A DNA stretch of 64,000 nucleotides from Eledone cirrhosa (GCA_964016885.1 OZ024745.1:75764001-75828000); one strand, 5' to 3'. Shown: positions 23,538 to 37,167, numbered from the stretch's first letter. Translations and numbers: made by a program. Notes: a model not told the origin generated them from the sequence alone.

Positions 23538-23650
23538 CCACCTGAAAAGACCTATAAATACCACATTTATTTTGGGATAGCCAAATTCCTGATGATTTCT
23601 AAAGGATGAAACAGTTCTAGTCCTGTAGAATCTCATCTGTATTAAAACCT
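23538..23650 (+). mobile_element. Inverted pseudo-LTR capping the 5' end of the PLE
   Basis: Opposite orientation to the ORF, directly adjacent to it and followed by (TA)n; near-identical to 18941-19040. Confidence 0.8.
23583..23633 (+). ncRNA. Type I hammerhead ribozyme in inverted pLTR
   Basis: aaATTC-CTGATGA-tTTCtaaaGGAt-GAAA-CAGttctagtcCTG-TA|GAATct; stem III ACAG/CTGT is fully paired in this copy. Confidence 0.72.
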
Positions 23651-23657
23651 ATATATA

Positions 23658-23713
<56 letters not shown>

Positions 23714-24714
23714 CATAAATACATACAATCATACATGTGTGCGTGTGTGTATTGTGTGTATATATATTTAGAGAGAGAGACATGCGCACACTTAATATTT
23801 AAATATATATATATGCCTCTGTTCTCTCTCTGTGCTTGTCACAATGATACTAATACTTACTAGATTTTTGTCAAAGCAGAGATCTGTAAAGACAAGTAGT
23901 GACTTCCTTTTTCACAGCTGCTGCTGTCATTTAATCTCTACAACAACAGCAACACCAACAACAACAAAGACAACAACATCTACAACAAAGTCAACAATAA
24001 CAACGAACTAAGACGATAGCAAAAGACACATTAAAAATTGCATTTATGAGATGAAGCTTTTAAATCTTAATTGTGATCGTTCTCTACTCCTTCCTCTTCT
24101 CTCTACCTAGCTAACCTGTCATACACTGTCAAATCCAATACCTTTTCCTGTCTTTTATTTTTATTTTATTTTTATATTCATTCCTTCATTTTTTTTTTCT
24201 CCTCGATGTTTTTTTGTTTTTTGTTTTCTTCCTGAAATGATCTACATTGCCCAACTTGGTTAATAATCCAGCGAAGTACATTTAATCTCGTTACACTGAG
24301 ATTTCACTTCAGTCAAAATTTTCCATTTCCGTTTCATGAAAAATATTGTTAAAATTTCTCTTGATTCACCGATTCACTGATTCACTGATTCAGGAGTTAA
24401 AACTCGTGTCTGCAGATGTCAGTCAATGGATTTCATCCATGACTGGGATGAACTTCTAATTCAATTGATTATAGATTCAGATGATGTCAAAAGAATGAAT
24501 TCGTTAAACAATTTTGAATGAATAAGTCCAGATGAATTTTATATATAATAATGAAGTTGTTATAAACTGCTAAATATGTTCAATAAAATATTGCACATAT
24601 TTTTTTTTATTTTCTTACGTTATTTATTTTAGCTCGCTGATAACCATTCTACTTTCTGATTATTGTTTTTAAGCTATTCAGCTTTTGTGATATCACCAAA
24701 ACATTGATTATCAA

Positions 24715-25030
24715 CCTTGTCCTATTTCCAAAATATTGTCCTCAATCTCAAATAATGTCCTACTTTCAAAATATTGTCCTATTTCTCATTGCTATCCTAT
24801 TTCTAAAATATTATCCTATAATTTAAATATTTATAGTATATCCTTTTTTATATATATATACATTATCCTATTCTTAAACTATTGTTCTATTGTTTAAATA
24901 TTGATATCATATCTGAAATATTGCCCTAATCTATTTCTACAATATTTTTTTCTATATCCAAAATATTATCCTATTCTAAACCATTATTCTGTTTTGTTAA
25001 ATATTGTCTTATTTGTAAAATATTGTCAAT
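24715..25030. repeat. Degenerate AT-rich minisatellite (~20-bp aaatattgtcctatttc-like unit)
   Basis: aaatatt(g/a)tcct(a) recurs more than 10 times. Confidence 0.65.
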
Positions 25031-25728
25031 ACTCAGTTAAAGTTAAAGTTAAACTGAATATAGATTTGAAAAAAGTGGATGTCTCATTTAATATATTTTT
25101 TCTTGTGTGAAGTTTAATGAATATTTGTATCAGTAGAGCATTTGGTAAAATACTTCTCTGTAATTAATCAAGGCTCTTCAAGATCGACTTCACTTTCTAT
25201 CTCGCTTAGGATCAATAAAATATGTGCCAGTCAAATGCTAGAGTTACTTTAAAGGATAGACGCTAAATTAGTAGCCTCCCGCCAATGTTTAAAAAAACAG
25301 TCTGTTTTTTTACCATCTGATCATGGTTTGAGTAACAAACTTTTTATGGCCGTTATTCCTTCTAAGGTAGCGATTAGTTTCTTTTTTAGTGGTGGTGGGG
25401 GGACTATGTTTTACTGTCAGATTTCCTTCCAAGTATTAAGCCTGTTAATCCTCTCTTACGACACGCATGGATACGATGTACCTATTGTAAATCAGATTTA
25501 CAACGTCGGTCATTGATTTAACACCATAGCTAAATTATATAGTATAGTTAACTGAAATTCATCAGAAAAGAATAAGATTTGTATATTAAAGATTCCTAAT
25601 TTAATTGAATATACTAATTTGAAAAGATTTTCAGAATGGCCAGTCTGGATGTCGCCTAGAAGAAAAACCTGGACAAACAAAAACTGTATGACAATCTTTT
25701 TGTAATTACTGATGTCATTAAAGGGAAA

Positions 25729-26072
25729 CGCGTGAGCTTAGCACATTACTGGAGAGCTTAGCGTGAGCTTTGCAAGACGTTGCTCGAGAGCTTAATGTGA
25801 TCTTTGCATGATGTTGCTGGGTGCGAGATTTGCACGACGTTGCTGGGCGTGAGCTTTGCATGACATTACAGGATAGTTTAGCGTTGGCTTTGCACGACGT
25901 TGATGGATAGCTTAGCGTGAGCTTTGCACGACGTTGCTGGAGAGCTTACCGTGAGCTTTGCATGACATTACTGAAGAGCTTAGCACAATATTGCTAGGCG
26001 TGAGCTTTGCACGATGTTGCTGGAGAGCTTACCGTGAGCTTTGTACGACATTGCTGGGCGTGAACTTTGCAA
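25729..26072. repeat. Minisatellite with 34-bp and 26-bp unit variants
   Basis: gcgtgagctttgcacgacgttgctgg(agagctta) repeated roughly 11-12 times. Confidence 0.9.
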
Positions 26073-26654
26073 GAACTCAATAGTCATATATTTCCATGGA
26101 TACTACGACGTAGATATACACGGATCAGTAGTTCAGCAGAAACCTTCCTCGATCAACTCACTGCAGACAGGGGATGTTGCCGAACTGACCTTTAGTGATA
26201 TACTCCTGTTGAAACCAGAACATTGGAATACATAACTTAGTTGTCCAGCATAAACCTCCATCAACCAGCTCTGTATAGACATAGTCTGTTACCCTGATAA
26301 TCATGCTATGCAGAATCAAGATAATTTGACTAGAAGAAGATAATAAAAAACATTCCTTCAATAATTCCTATTTCTTCCTATTGATATTTAATCTTTTGTT
26401 TTTATCTTTTGAATATTGTTGAAAAGATTTCATTTAATAGATGATTTTTCAAAGTGAAATGTTTCCATTCGTGTCTTTTATCTTTCCATATATAAAATTG
26501 TATATGTCATTCTTTCGTGTATAATTCAGTGTATAAAATATACATAACAGCATTGAAATTTATGCTTCCATTCAATTCTGCCATGACTAGAAGTCAAAAT
26601 ATATTCTAGTTAGTATGATACGAAGAATGCTATATAGAATTGATATCAGGAAGT

Positions 26655-27178
<524 letters not shown>

Positions 27179-28564
27179 ATGTCGATAAATATGTATGTAT
27201 ATATATATATGTATGTATGTTCTGTTACATTTTTTAAGTTCTTAGCTTAACATAAAAAAGCGGCAATTTTATCTTTATTTTATATCGTTTTTAAGTTGTT
27301 TTTTGTTGTTATTTTGTCTTCTTTTTGGTTCTGAACTCATCTTTAAGCTAAGCGATATAGTTTTGTCCAAAATCAGAATGGAACGTGAAAGATCTGCTGT
27401 ACTTGAGCTACATCATATATGTGTATATGTATGTTTGTATGTATATATGTATATGTGTATGTAGGTGTTTATATATGCAAGTATTATGTGTGTGTCTATG
27501 TATGAATATATGTGTGTGTGTATGTTTGTAAGTAAGTATACAGGTATGTATGTATGTAAGTTTGTATGTATGTGTGTACGCATGTATGTATGCATGTGTA
27601 TGTATATGTAATTTGTATCATTTATATCCTTTATCTTGGCCATTTGGCTAGTGTCATGCTGGGATTTCGCCCTTAAGGCTTTTTTAGACGATTATATTGA
27701 ATTAGAACTTACTTTGGTGTTTATGGTCTTCTCTGATCTCTAACTATTTTACTCATCTCTAGTATTCACCTACTATTTGGCACCTTAATTTAACGGGTAT
27801 GCAATTCCTTGACCGAGCAACTAGAAAACTCATCGTTGAAATCGAAGAAGGCCCTTTTGCTTTTTATAAAAAAAAATTAAAAAAGAACAAGAATGAAACT
27901 GAATATGCTCCATAGATGTCTTTTGAGAGCTGCATCAGTGTAAAAAAAAAAATACCTTCAACATCGTTCGTGTATAGATGATTGTTAAAAATGTAATAAC
28001 GTTAGTTGAAAAACACGTGAATAGCCTGTGGATCAGTGTTTCTCTAATTCAAACAAATATGTGGTTGCAGTTTTGTATCGTTAAGTAAATTTACGCTTTT
28101 GTGTTTTGAATGCTGCTTGTTAACGTTTAACGGTTATTCAGCTATATCGCTTTACAAACCAACTACTCTCGGGTCTCAAATAATAGGAGGTGATGGAATA
28201 AGCGGGGGTATTGGAATAAGAAGCGATGCAATACGCGCGGTGGGGGGGGGGATAAACAGGAGGGGTGGAATAAGCTGGAGAGTTGGAATAAGCGGAGGTA
28301 TTGGAATAAGTGGGATGTATGTGCATGTATGTATGTGTGTATGCATGTATGGATATATCTGTGTATGTATGTATATATGTTGTATATATGTATGTAAGCT
28401 TGTACGTATGTGAGCTTGTATGTATGTATTTATGTATCGAATGTATGTAAGGTTGTATGTATGTATGTAGGGCGAAGGAACTCAGGAAAATCAATGGCCA
28501 TCCAATTATGTAGACCCGTTCTTCTTTTTGTGTAAATGTATTCGATGTTCAGAGAGTGGGATTG

Positions 28565-28665
28565 GCCACATAGGATTTGAACTCAGAACGTAAAGGGACG
28601 TAACTCTATTCCATGAAGCATGATGGTGTTCGACACTCTACTGTTACTGCCAATCCACCTCCCTA
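28565..28665 (-). mobile_element. SINE family A head fragment
   Basis: ggatttgaactcagaacgtaaaggg..actgccaatccacc. Confidence 0.7.
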
Positions 28666-29047
28666 CTGGTGCTAAATAACAACAGCAACACCATCACTGT
28701 TAGCTGTTATTTCGCTTTATTTTAATCTGTCATCCTTTTTATCTCTAACCGACAAAATAATCAGAATTTCTGGGAGAAACTTGCCGTAAAATTAACTATC
28801 TGTACTAACTATTGGACATTTGATGGTATTCCTTCCCTTCTGTCACTTATCCCCAACCCCACCCGTACGTCATTTTCTACTGCAGGCTCAGTTGTCATCA
28901 ATTGCATTGAACATTTTGTTTAGTCCGACATGATTGTCACAGTATTCCTATGAAAATAAGTAGAAACCTTTCCAAAAATGTGTATACAAATATATCCTTA
29001 CAACAAATACGGGACAGGCAACCATAAATATAAATAAACGAATGCCT

Positions 29048-29149
<102 letters not shown>

Positions 29150-30901
29150 CGAGGCAGGGCATTTCATGTATTCATATAAAGTAGAGGGGGAAATATTTGT
29201 TGTCTGCCATGTTTTTCTATATTTTATATAAAGACACCGGAACATGATTGTATTACTTCCTAATAACATCCTGTTTGTATCCATGAGTTTGAAAACTGGA
29301 AGAGAGTGGAAGACATGCACAATATGTGGTTGAAGATATTGCCACAAGAAGTGCTTCTCTTAGTATGTTAGTTTACTGAGGAAACCTTTGAAATGTCATC
29401 TACAAACAATGTGTGAGAGAAATTGCTAACCAGGCAAGTGGCTTATTGAAGACAACACTGTCTGACAGTTGTAACAACAATCACCGCTCTTCCACTGTTT
29501 ATCTTACAAAGTGAGTGTAGTATGGCCGAATGGTTAAAGAGTTCGCTCCGCAATCATTAGCTACGGATTCGATCTCACTGTGCAGCATCTTGGAATATAA
29601 ATACATGAAATGCCTGCCTCTGTCTATATGCGTGTGTGCGTGTATATATCTATATATCTTATATCTATATATTTACAACGCAACTTTCACAAACACATAA
29701 ACACACACAGACATATATATAATTTAAGGTCTCATAACATGTATAATATGTATGATGATTATGTTTCTCGGTAGAAAAGCTCAATGGATATTTGCCCAGT
29801 GAATCAATAATTCAAATTAAAAGATATAGAGAGAGCGAGAGAGAGAGAGAGAAAGAGGAAGAGCCATATATCGTTTGAGAAATACATAGCTATGTGTTTC
29901 TCAAAAGAGACATGGCTCCTTCTCTCTCTCTCTATATATATATATACATACATATTTTAATTATATATATATATATATATATACCTTTTATTAAGGCTAA
30001 ATAGGTCATCAGGCAAGATAAACAGGCGAAACTCCAGAGTAACAATTTAGCCTTAATAAAATGAATATTAAAACTCTACTTAGCTATTGAGTACTCTTGT
30101 GTGTGTGTGACAATTGACATATGACATTTGAGAAAGATATATCAGAATCTACACACTTTTAACTCAAGGATCTATTGCGCCTTTTATGTCTTTGTACCAT
30201 AAAATAAATAAAAGTAACGTGTGTGTGTCAGACTGCCTGTGTGTGTGTGTGTATGGCATCTCTGTCTGTTTGTGTGTGTGTGTATGTCTGTCTGTTTGTG
30301 TATGTGTGTGTCTGTCTGTATGTGTGTGTGCGTGTAACTCTGTCGTTGATCCAAGGGAACGAGATGCTTAAGTTAGATTAGGATGATGGACATAGAAAAT
30401 ATGTGAGAAAGTGTGCTGTTGTTTTAAAGTAGCATTTTGGTTCATGAATTACTTCACCATCGTATATGTTTATAACAACATAATTGATGATGTAAAAACA
30501 CTCATTTCTCTCTCTCCTTTTACAGAATTAATGGTCTACATACAATAAATATAATATTAACAGATAACGATTCCCATAATATGAATAATATGCCGTAGAG
30601 ATTTAGCGATGGAAACTTTTTATTCCCAGCTATCTGTCCTCCTAACATAAATGAGATAATTGAATTGTGTAGTCATGACTTGCAGGTTATTGTGCCAAAT
30701 GACAATATTGTGCCTATTTACTTGCAATAAATTGCTTTAGTTCGTTTTCATGACATTCTGCTTATCAAATATAACAAACAGGAAGGATAACGGACCAAAA
30801 GTCAAGCTATTACTTAACGCCACTAACAACACAAATGCTCGCAAGAGTAATAGCACATTCAAAGATGTTACTGTAATACTTTCAATATATGATAAACTAA
30901 A

Positions 30902-31190
30902 GGGCGGTGGATAGGCAGTACCGGGAGAACGTCAGACAACATGCTTTAAGTCATAGAGTTATATCCCTTTACGTTCTTAATTCAAATCTCAAGCCAGCAA
31001 TTTGGGGAGAGAGGAAAGTCGATTAAATCGACCCCAGTGCGATACTGGTGCTTTATTTTGTCGACCACGTAAGGATGAAAGGCAAAGCTAACCACGGTGA
31101 GATTTGAACTCGGAACGTAAAGGGCCGTAACTCTATGCCGCAAAGCATGTTGTCCGACGCGCTACCGATACTGCCAATCTACTGCCCTAC
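30902..31190. mobile_element. SINE family A: + head fragment fused to a - copy
   Basis: ggcggtggataggcag..ttcaaatc at 30902-30990 (+), then gccagcaattt..actgccaatc at 30993-31187 (-). Confidence 0.75.
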
Positions 31191-31565
31191 ATCAACTTAA
31201 TACAAATGATAGTTATATTATCAAATCCCCCTAAATTCTTAAATAATTTCATAATTATCTGGACATTATAGGCAGTTTCATTCATGAGAAATGTGGTTAT
31301 TAAATGATATGGTTATGGTTATATGTGGTTATTAATATGATATTTGTTAAAGATGGATCCTCCGTCGATATCGACGATAAGTATTCAGTTATACGATCAA
31401 ATGAACTTCCAGCTCATGAATTAGCGTGTAGGTGGTTGAGTATTCTACAGGCCTTCCACCTTTTGTTATTCGTGGATTGGGAATCTGTGAATCTGTTGAA
31501 GTTGTGAGTAATATTTTCAAATTTCTTTGGTTTACTCTTTATAATTGTTTTACATTAGAATTGAA

Positions 31566-31729
31566 ACAGAAATAGAAACTGCGTCGTAATATTTTTGACT
31601 ACAATAAGTCTAATAATAGGGCGTATAAACCTACTGAATGAGACCCATCTTTTTCCGCTCAGTGGGTTTATACACCCCATTATTAGACTATATTAATAGT
31701 CAAAAATATTACGACGTAGCTTCTGTTTC
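31566..31729. repeat. Imperfect inverted repeat, arms ~70 bp
   Basis: gcgtcgtaatatttttgacta..taataataggg.gtataaacc.actga versus tcagtgggtttatacacccc..tagtcaaaaatattacgacgt. Confidence 0.8.
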
Positions 31730-32269
31730 GCTCGCCGCGAAGATTTTAGATTTTTTTATCCTTATTAATATAAGTAGATTCCTATGAACATGATTATACA
31801 TTTCAATATTCCTCACATTGTTTGTTGATATAAATGAAAGTGTGTTTTTTGGCGGGGTTTATTTTTTACCACCCATAATTCTTGAATAGCAAAAGTTAAT
31901 CCAGTGTTAAGTGGTTGAATTAAACCAGAACACAGGGTAAGTGTACCACCCAAAGAGGTCACAGCAAGATTTGAACTCAGAATACAAAGAGCCAGGAAAG
32001 TACTGCAAGGCATCTCGTCAAATGTTCTTGTGATTCCGCCCTGTAGCGATATTTTATTTTGTCGAACACAAAATGAAGAAAAGTGAAGTTAATCTCGGCG
32101 GGATTTGAAATCGGGGTACGGACAACGGGAACAAGTACGCAAGGTGTTTTGTCCAACGCTCTAACGACTGCCAATTCAACGCCAAACATAAGTGGATATG
32201 AGAAAGAGCGGAATATTACTTGAGGACGCAGCATGACTAAATGGTTAAGAAGTTCGCTTTGCAATCATA

Positions 32270-32695
32270 ACGTACGAAAGGTCGGTATTCCTGAGCTGAG
32301 CAGTGGGGGTGAGCTCCTGCTGGCCTACAAAATGGCTTTTATAGGCTGTGTTTATCCCTTCTGTCGGCCAAACTCCCTCCCATGCATGTTGCCGAGGGTC
32401 AGTATGCCTGAACTGGGCAGTGTGGTGACCGCCTGCTGGCCTACAAAATGGCTCAAATAAATTGTTTATCACTGCTTCCAAGGGTCGGTATGCTTGAGCT
32501 TGGCAGTGGGGTGAGCTCCTTCTGGCCTAAAATGGCTCAAATAGGTTGTGTTTATCACCGGTGCCGAGAGTCAGTATAGCAATCACCCGAAGAAGCCCCA
32601 TTGAAATGAACTTACACCGTGAATTCCTTCGATGGACGCTCAACCCACCCCGAATGAACTCCGCCACAAGTACAAAGTACAAGTAAGGTATGATA
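32270..32695. mobile_element. Insertion with three ~85-115-bp tandem units splitting a CORE-like SINE
   Basis: Unit ggtc.gtat.c.tga.ct..gcagtg..ctggccta.aaaatggct..tgtttatc at ~32280, ~32397 and ~32482. SINE head at 32225-32270 resumes at ~32700. Confidence 0.6.
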
Positions 32696-33160
32696 CTATA
32701 GTGTGACATGTTGGGCGAGTGTCATTTACTACAACCTCAGATCGACCTGTTCCTTATATGTGAAATTTGGTAGCCCGTCGGATGAATTATATGTACATGC
32801 AATTTTAAAGAGCAACCGTATTACACACAGTTATGCTGAATCTCCCTGAGAATTATATTAAGGGATAAACGTGTCTTGCACATTAATTTCATGAGCAAAC
32901 TGTTCCATTGATCGAACAACTGGAATTTCCCTCGTCGAAACCGACGGAGGTTCATTCCTAGAATATTACTGCAGGTGTGCAATATTGCAGTGGGACATTA
33001 GTGCAATACTGCAGGTGTGTAGAAATGCATTAATGCACAATACTGCAACCAACAGAAGGTGTCAGAAAGACCCCTCCTTCCCCATAGTAATTAGGGCGTA
33101 AAATCTAACAACTTTGAAAGTCACTGAGGTAGCATGGCGTTGTTAAGCAGTTGTGGCGGT

Positions 33161-33161
33161 T

Positions 33162-33247
<86 letters not shown>
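33161..33247. repeat. (TAG)n microsatellite
   Basis: Seen directly. Confidence 0.97.
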
Positions 33248-33248
<1 letters not shown>

Positions 33249-33636
33249 TTGATTCAGTGTTAACACGTCAGAGCTCCCCATGTGAAGTGGGAAGAGGACG
33301 AGAGAGAGAAAGAAAGAGAGAAAACTAAAAGAAGACAGGGAAAGAGATAGAACAGGCGAGGTGGAAACCTAGAGTGAAAGAGAGAAGGCGAACGAGCGAG
33401 CGAGGGAGAGGGAGGAAGGAAAGAGAGACTGACAGACAGAGACAGGAGAGCAGTGCATGAAGTGTGTGACGTCATAGGTGATAGGCCAAACGATGTCGGC
33501 TGGAGATGGAATATCATGACTGTCGTTTCACTGAGGCAGCAGACGATAAGTTTGCTGAAATTTATTTGATTAGGAAACTTGAATTAATTAGACAAACGTT
33601 GAAATAGCCAAGACACACAACTCATGTTTACTGTAC

Positions 33637-33745
<109 letters not shown>

Positions 33746-34354
33746 CGAGGCAGAGAAGAGAGAAACGATGGTGGATGAGAGAATTGTACATATAGAAAGA
33801 GAGAGCAGTGGGAGGGGGGAGAACCAGATACAGAAAAGGAGAGGGGGTGGACGACAGTGGTCGACGAAAGAGGATAGGTGAATATGTGGTGGGTGGATGG
33901 AGATATTGATTTTGCTTTCCCTCTGGTTCTATTTTTTTTTTCTTAGTATTTGCCATGTGTCAACGCCTGTTATTGTCATATGCACACATGTATATGTATG
34001 TATTTCTGTGTATATTTGTGTGGGTTCTGGTTTCAGTCATAAGACTGCGGCCATGCTGGAACACCGCCTTAATTCAATCGATCATATCGACCTCAGTACT
34101 CATTTTTTCAAGTCTGGTATTTAATTTATCGGTCTCTTTTGTCGAACCGCTGTGTATGCATTTACTTGTGAGTGTGTGTTTCTCTGTGTGCATGTTTGCG
34201 TGTGTGTATATGGATGCATTTAGTTTTACTCGCATCTTTTCCCTTACTGCAGTTTCCAGAACCAAGAAACAGCATTGACAATCTCAATAAATTAAGTCAA
34301 GCAATACTGGAAGAATTCTCTCATCAGAGGGTTTCTTTGAAAGTATAACAAATA

Positions 34355-34460
34355 AATAATTGTTTCTACTTTTGGCACAAGGCCAGCAATTAAACCAGTG
34401 CATTACTGGTACTTTATTTTATCGACCCCGTAAGGATGAAAGGCAAAGTTAACCTCGGCT
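34355..34460 (-). mobile_element. SINE family A 3' half
   Basis: Matches the family A consensus. Confidence 0.8.
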
Positions 34461-34672
34461 TAATAGTAAACGGAGTTGATCCTTACCTATCCAGTCAGGT
34501 GTAAAAAAAAAATACACGCATGCGTACATCAAATAACTAAGTAAAAATGTATATATCACGGAGAATAGGCGAGTTCTGTAAGCTATTTCTAGCGTCATTT
34601 TGAATTTGTCACATTGTCCGTGATATACAAATATTTACTTGGTCAATCTACGCATCCGTTTAATTTTATACA

Positions 34673-35110
34673 TCACTCTGGATCGGTAAGTATAAACACT
34701 CCCGATTGCCATTGCCTAGGTAATTTTCCAGAGATCCAGGCCTCCCGGCTCACATGAGTCAGCCAGAAAATACCTTCTCCATTTAAGGCCTTTAACATCT
34801 CCGGCCGAATTTCAACCTCCCCAGAGGCCTTGCCACATATGAGCTTTTTAATTACACTGGTAACCTCAGCCTCTGGGAGACTAGTCAACGCTCATATACA
34901 TCACAAAATGGTGTTGTGACCGGGCGTCCAAAGTTAAGACATGGAGGGACTTCGAGATTAAACTGGAATCCGATTTTAGATCAGCAAATAAAGTATCCTG
35001 GCAAACCATCCGCCGACTTCGTAATAGGAAGTCTCTTCCACGGCTACACCCTCGCGAGGTGGAGAGAATACTTTGCTGATCTCCTAAAAACTGTCTGCAG
35101 TAACGTTTCA
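34673..35110. pseudogene. RTE/Expander-like LINE fragment with internal inversion
   Basis: - strand 34673-34888 EVTSVIKKLICGKASGEVEIRPEMLKAL..WISGKLPRQWQ; + strand ~34960-35090 KLESDFRSANKVSWQTIRRLR and ARWREYFADLL. Confidence 0.7.
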
Positions 35111-35209
35111 AATTGTCTCTCGCTTGCAGTGTACAGCGCAATGTCGCCCATATATAGGAGATGGTTAATTTTCTTGCCATAACATTTATATCCAAGTCCT
35201 GTCTAGTTT

Positions 35210-36360
35210 ACTATGTCGGCTAATGTTGTCAGTGCAAGACAGAAAAGGTGTGGTGATAGGGAATCTGCTGAAATATCTCTCTGTTAATTTGGATGCGCTC
35301 AGTTTTTATAAATCCATCTTTAGTTTGTATCTGCTGAACTGTTGGCCACATGAATGACTTTATTGTTGGTGCTACTTTGTTCATGACTTGTGAGTCCTGT
35401 ATTTACCTCTGGGAAACACTTCTAAAAGCTTTCTGCTAATTAATCCATGACATGCCGAGACTTTCCTGCAGTTTTCAGTTATGATATTGTTGATTAGTAA
35501 TTGGTCTTTACAGCAATATGAGCCTTTGCAACCTCCTTTCTGCTCTTTTGGAAACAGGCTGATTTCCCCCACTTTCTGTGATATTATTGTAGCTAAGCTC
35601 TTGTAAGTCGTAAAAAGGTATTTTATGGGTCCGTTAGTATTGGGGGGGTGCTTGTTTGTTGAGGGGGGTTTTGTGGGGAAGGGGTCTGCCGTGTCATTAA
35701 TCCTGGGGATCAGGGTGTTTTTTTTTCTCTTATTGGGCCAGTCTGGTATTAATTCTGGCTCCGTCAGTATCTCATTAAATTTTTTCTGCAAGTACCCTAT
35801 TTGTTCCTTTTAAATATTTTAAACGTAAGTTTGGTATCTTGATATTTCCCGGTGCTTTCCATTGACTTATTTTTTTCAGTGGTGTGTTAGACACTTCTAT
35901 TGTGATGTCTTCCAACGGTTTCTCAGGTGTTATGATCGTTGTTCTAACTAATCCTGTCCCTGGTGATTCTTCTGCTGCCCTCACTCGTCCCCATAGTTCT
36001 TTCGCTTCTTTTACTTTTGGTACTACATTCATGGGGGGGGGGGCTGTTTTGGGGGTTTTTTTGGTTTGTTTGTTTTTGTTTTGTTTTGTTTAAATTCTAC
36101 CGACTTCCCGGTAGAGTCGTTTTGGGTTGGATTGAAACTGCTTTTTTAATCTTTTCAAATAACCGTTGGTGTTTTTCATATGCTCTGGAGGGATTTGACG
36201 TCTACAGGGAGAAGAGGAAGAGAGATATCGCAGGCGGCCTTGTGTTCCTCGATCACAGTGGGTTCCTTTGTGTTGAGAAGAACTCTGTTGCTGAGGACGC
36301 GGCAAGAGTATTCCGACGAAAGGAACGCCGCCAAAGGAGCGCTACGAAATATGTGGAGGA
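35210..36360 (-). pseudogene. Degenerate R4/Dong-like RT fragment
   Basis: FQSNPKRLYRE, KELWGRV, QWKAPG, LIPDW..NTLIP, EQKGGCKGSYCCKDQLLINN, in the same order as the 14600-15450 region. Confidence 0.75.
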
Positions 36361-36392
36361 GCTTCGGCATGGCAAAAGTTATTATTATTATT

Positions 36393-36585
36393 AGGGCGGT
36401 GGATTTGCAGTATCGGTAGAGCGGTGGACAACATGCTTTTTGGCATAGAGTTGCAACCCTTTACACTCTGAGTTCAAATCCCACTGAGATAAAATAAAGC
36501 ACCAGTAATGCACTGGGGTCGATTTAATCGACTTTCCCCTCCCCAAAAATTGCTGGCCTTGTGCCTATATAAGAAACCATTATTA
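36393..36585 (+). mobile_element. SINE family A with internal deletion
   Basis: ggcggtggatttgcagtatcggtagagc head, B-box, tail ..gaaaccattattatt. Confidence 0.8.
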
Positions 36586-37167
36586 TTGTTGTCGTTGCTG
36601 TTGTTGTTGTTGGTGGTGGTGGTGGTGGTTTATTAGTTGATCGTCTGCTTTCGAGAAAACGAGGAGATAGCAATTATATGTCTCAGCATAAGAGTGTGAG
36701 CGAGGGAGAGAAAGACAGGAGAGAGAAAGAGCGTGTGAGAGGGAGGAGAGAGCGAAGAGAGAAAAAGAGTATGAGAAAGGGAGAGAAAGAGAGGAGAGAG
36801 AGAAACTGAGGGTGAATGTGAGGCGGGGGGAGCTAATGAGTATTGAAAAGATAGATAAGATTTGAGTCAATGAGAAAAATAGAAATTTTAATAAACATTG
36901 AAAGAACACACGCACACACATACATAAATACATACATACACACATACATGCATACATACACACATGCATACATGCATACATACATACATACATACATACA
37001 TACATGCATGCATGCATACATACATACATGCATACACACATGCATGCATACACACATGCATACATACACCCATGCATACATGCATACATACATACATGCA
37101 TACATACATACATACATACATACATACATACATACATACATACATACATACATACATACATACATAC

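Noticed and set aside
24400-24525. Short exon-like ORF MDFIHDWDELLIQ..
   Set aside because: Too short, no recognisable homology and no supportable splice structure.
25729-26072. CRISPR-like repeat array
   Set aside because: Units are contiguous with no unique spacers; eukaryotic context and no cas genes.
34320-34335. CTGATGA on the - strand as a hammerhead
   Set aside because: No downstream GAAA with stems I and III; the same applies to CTGATGA at ~38449 (+), ~55938 (-) and ~37579 (+).
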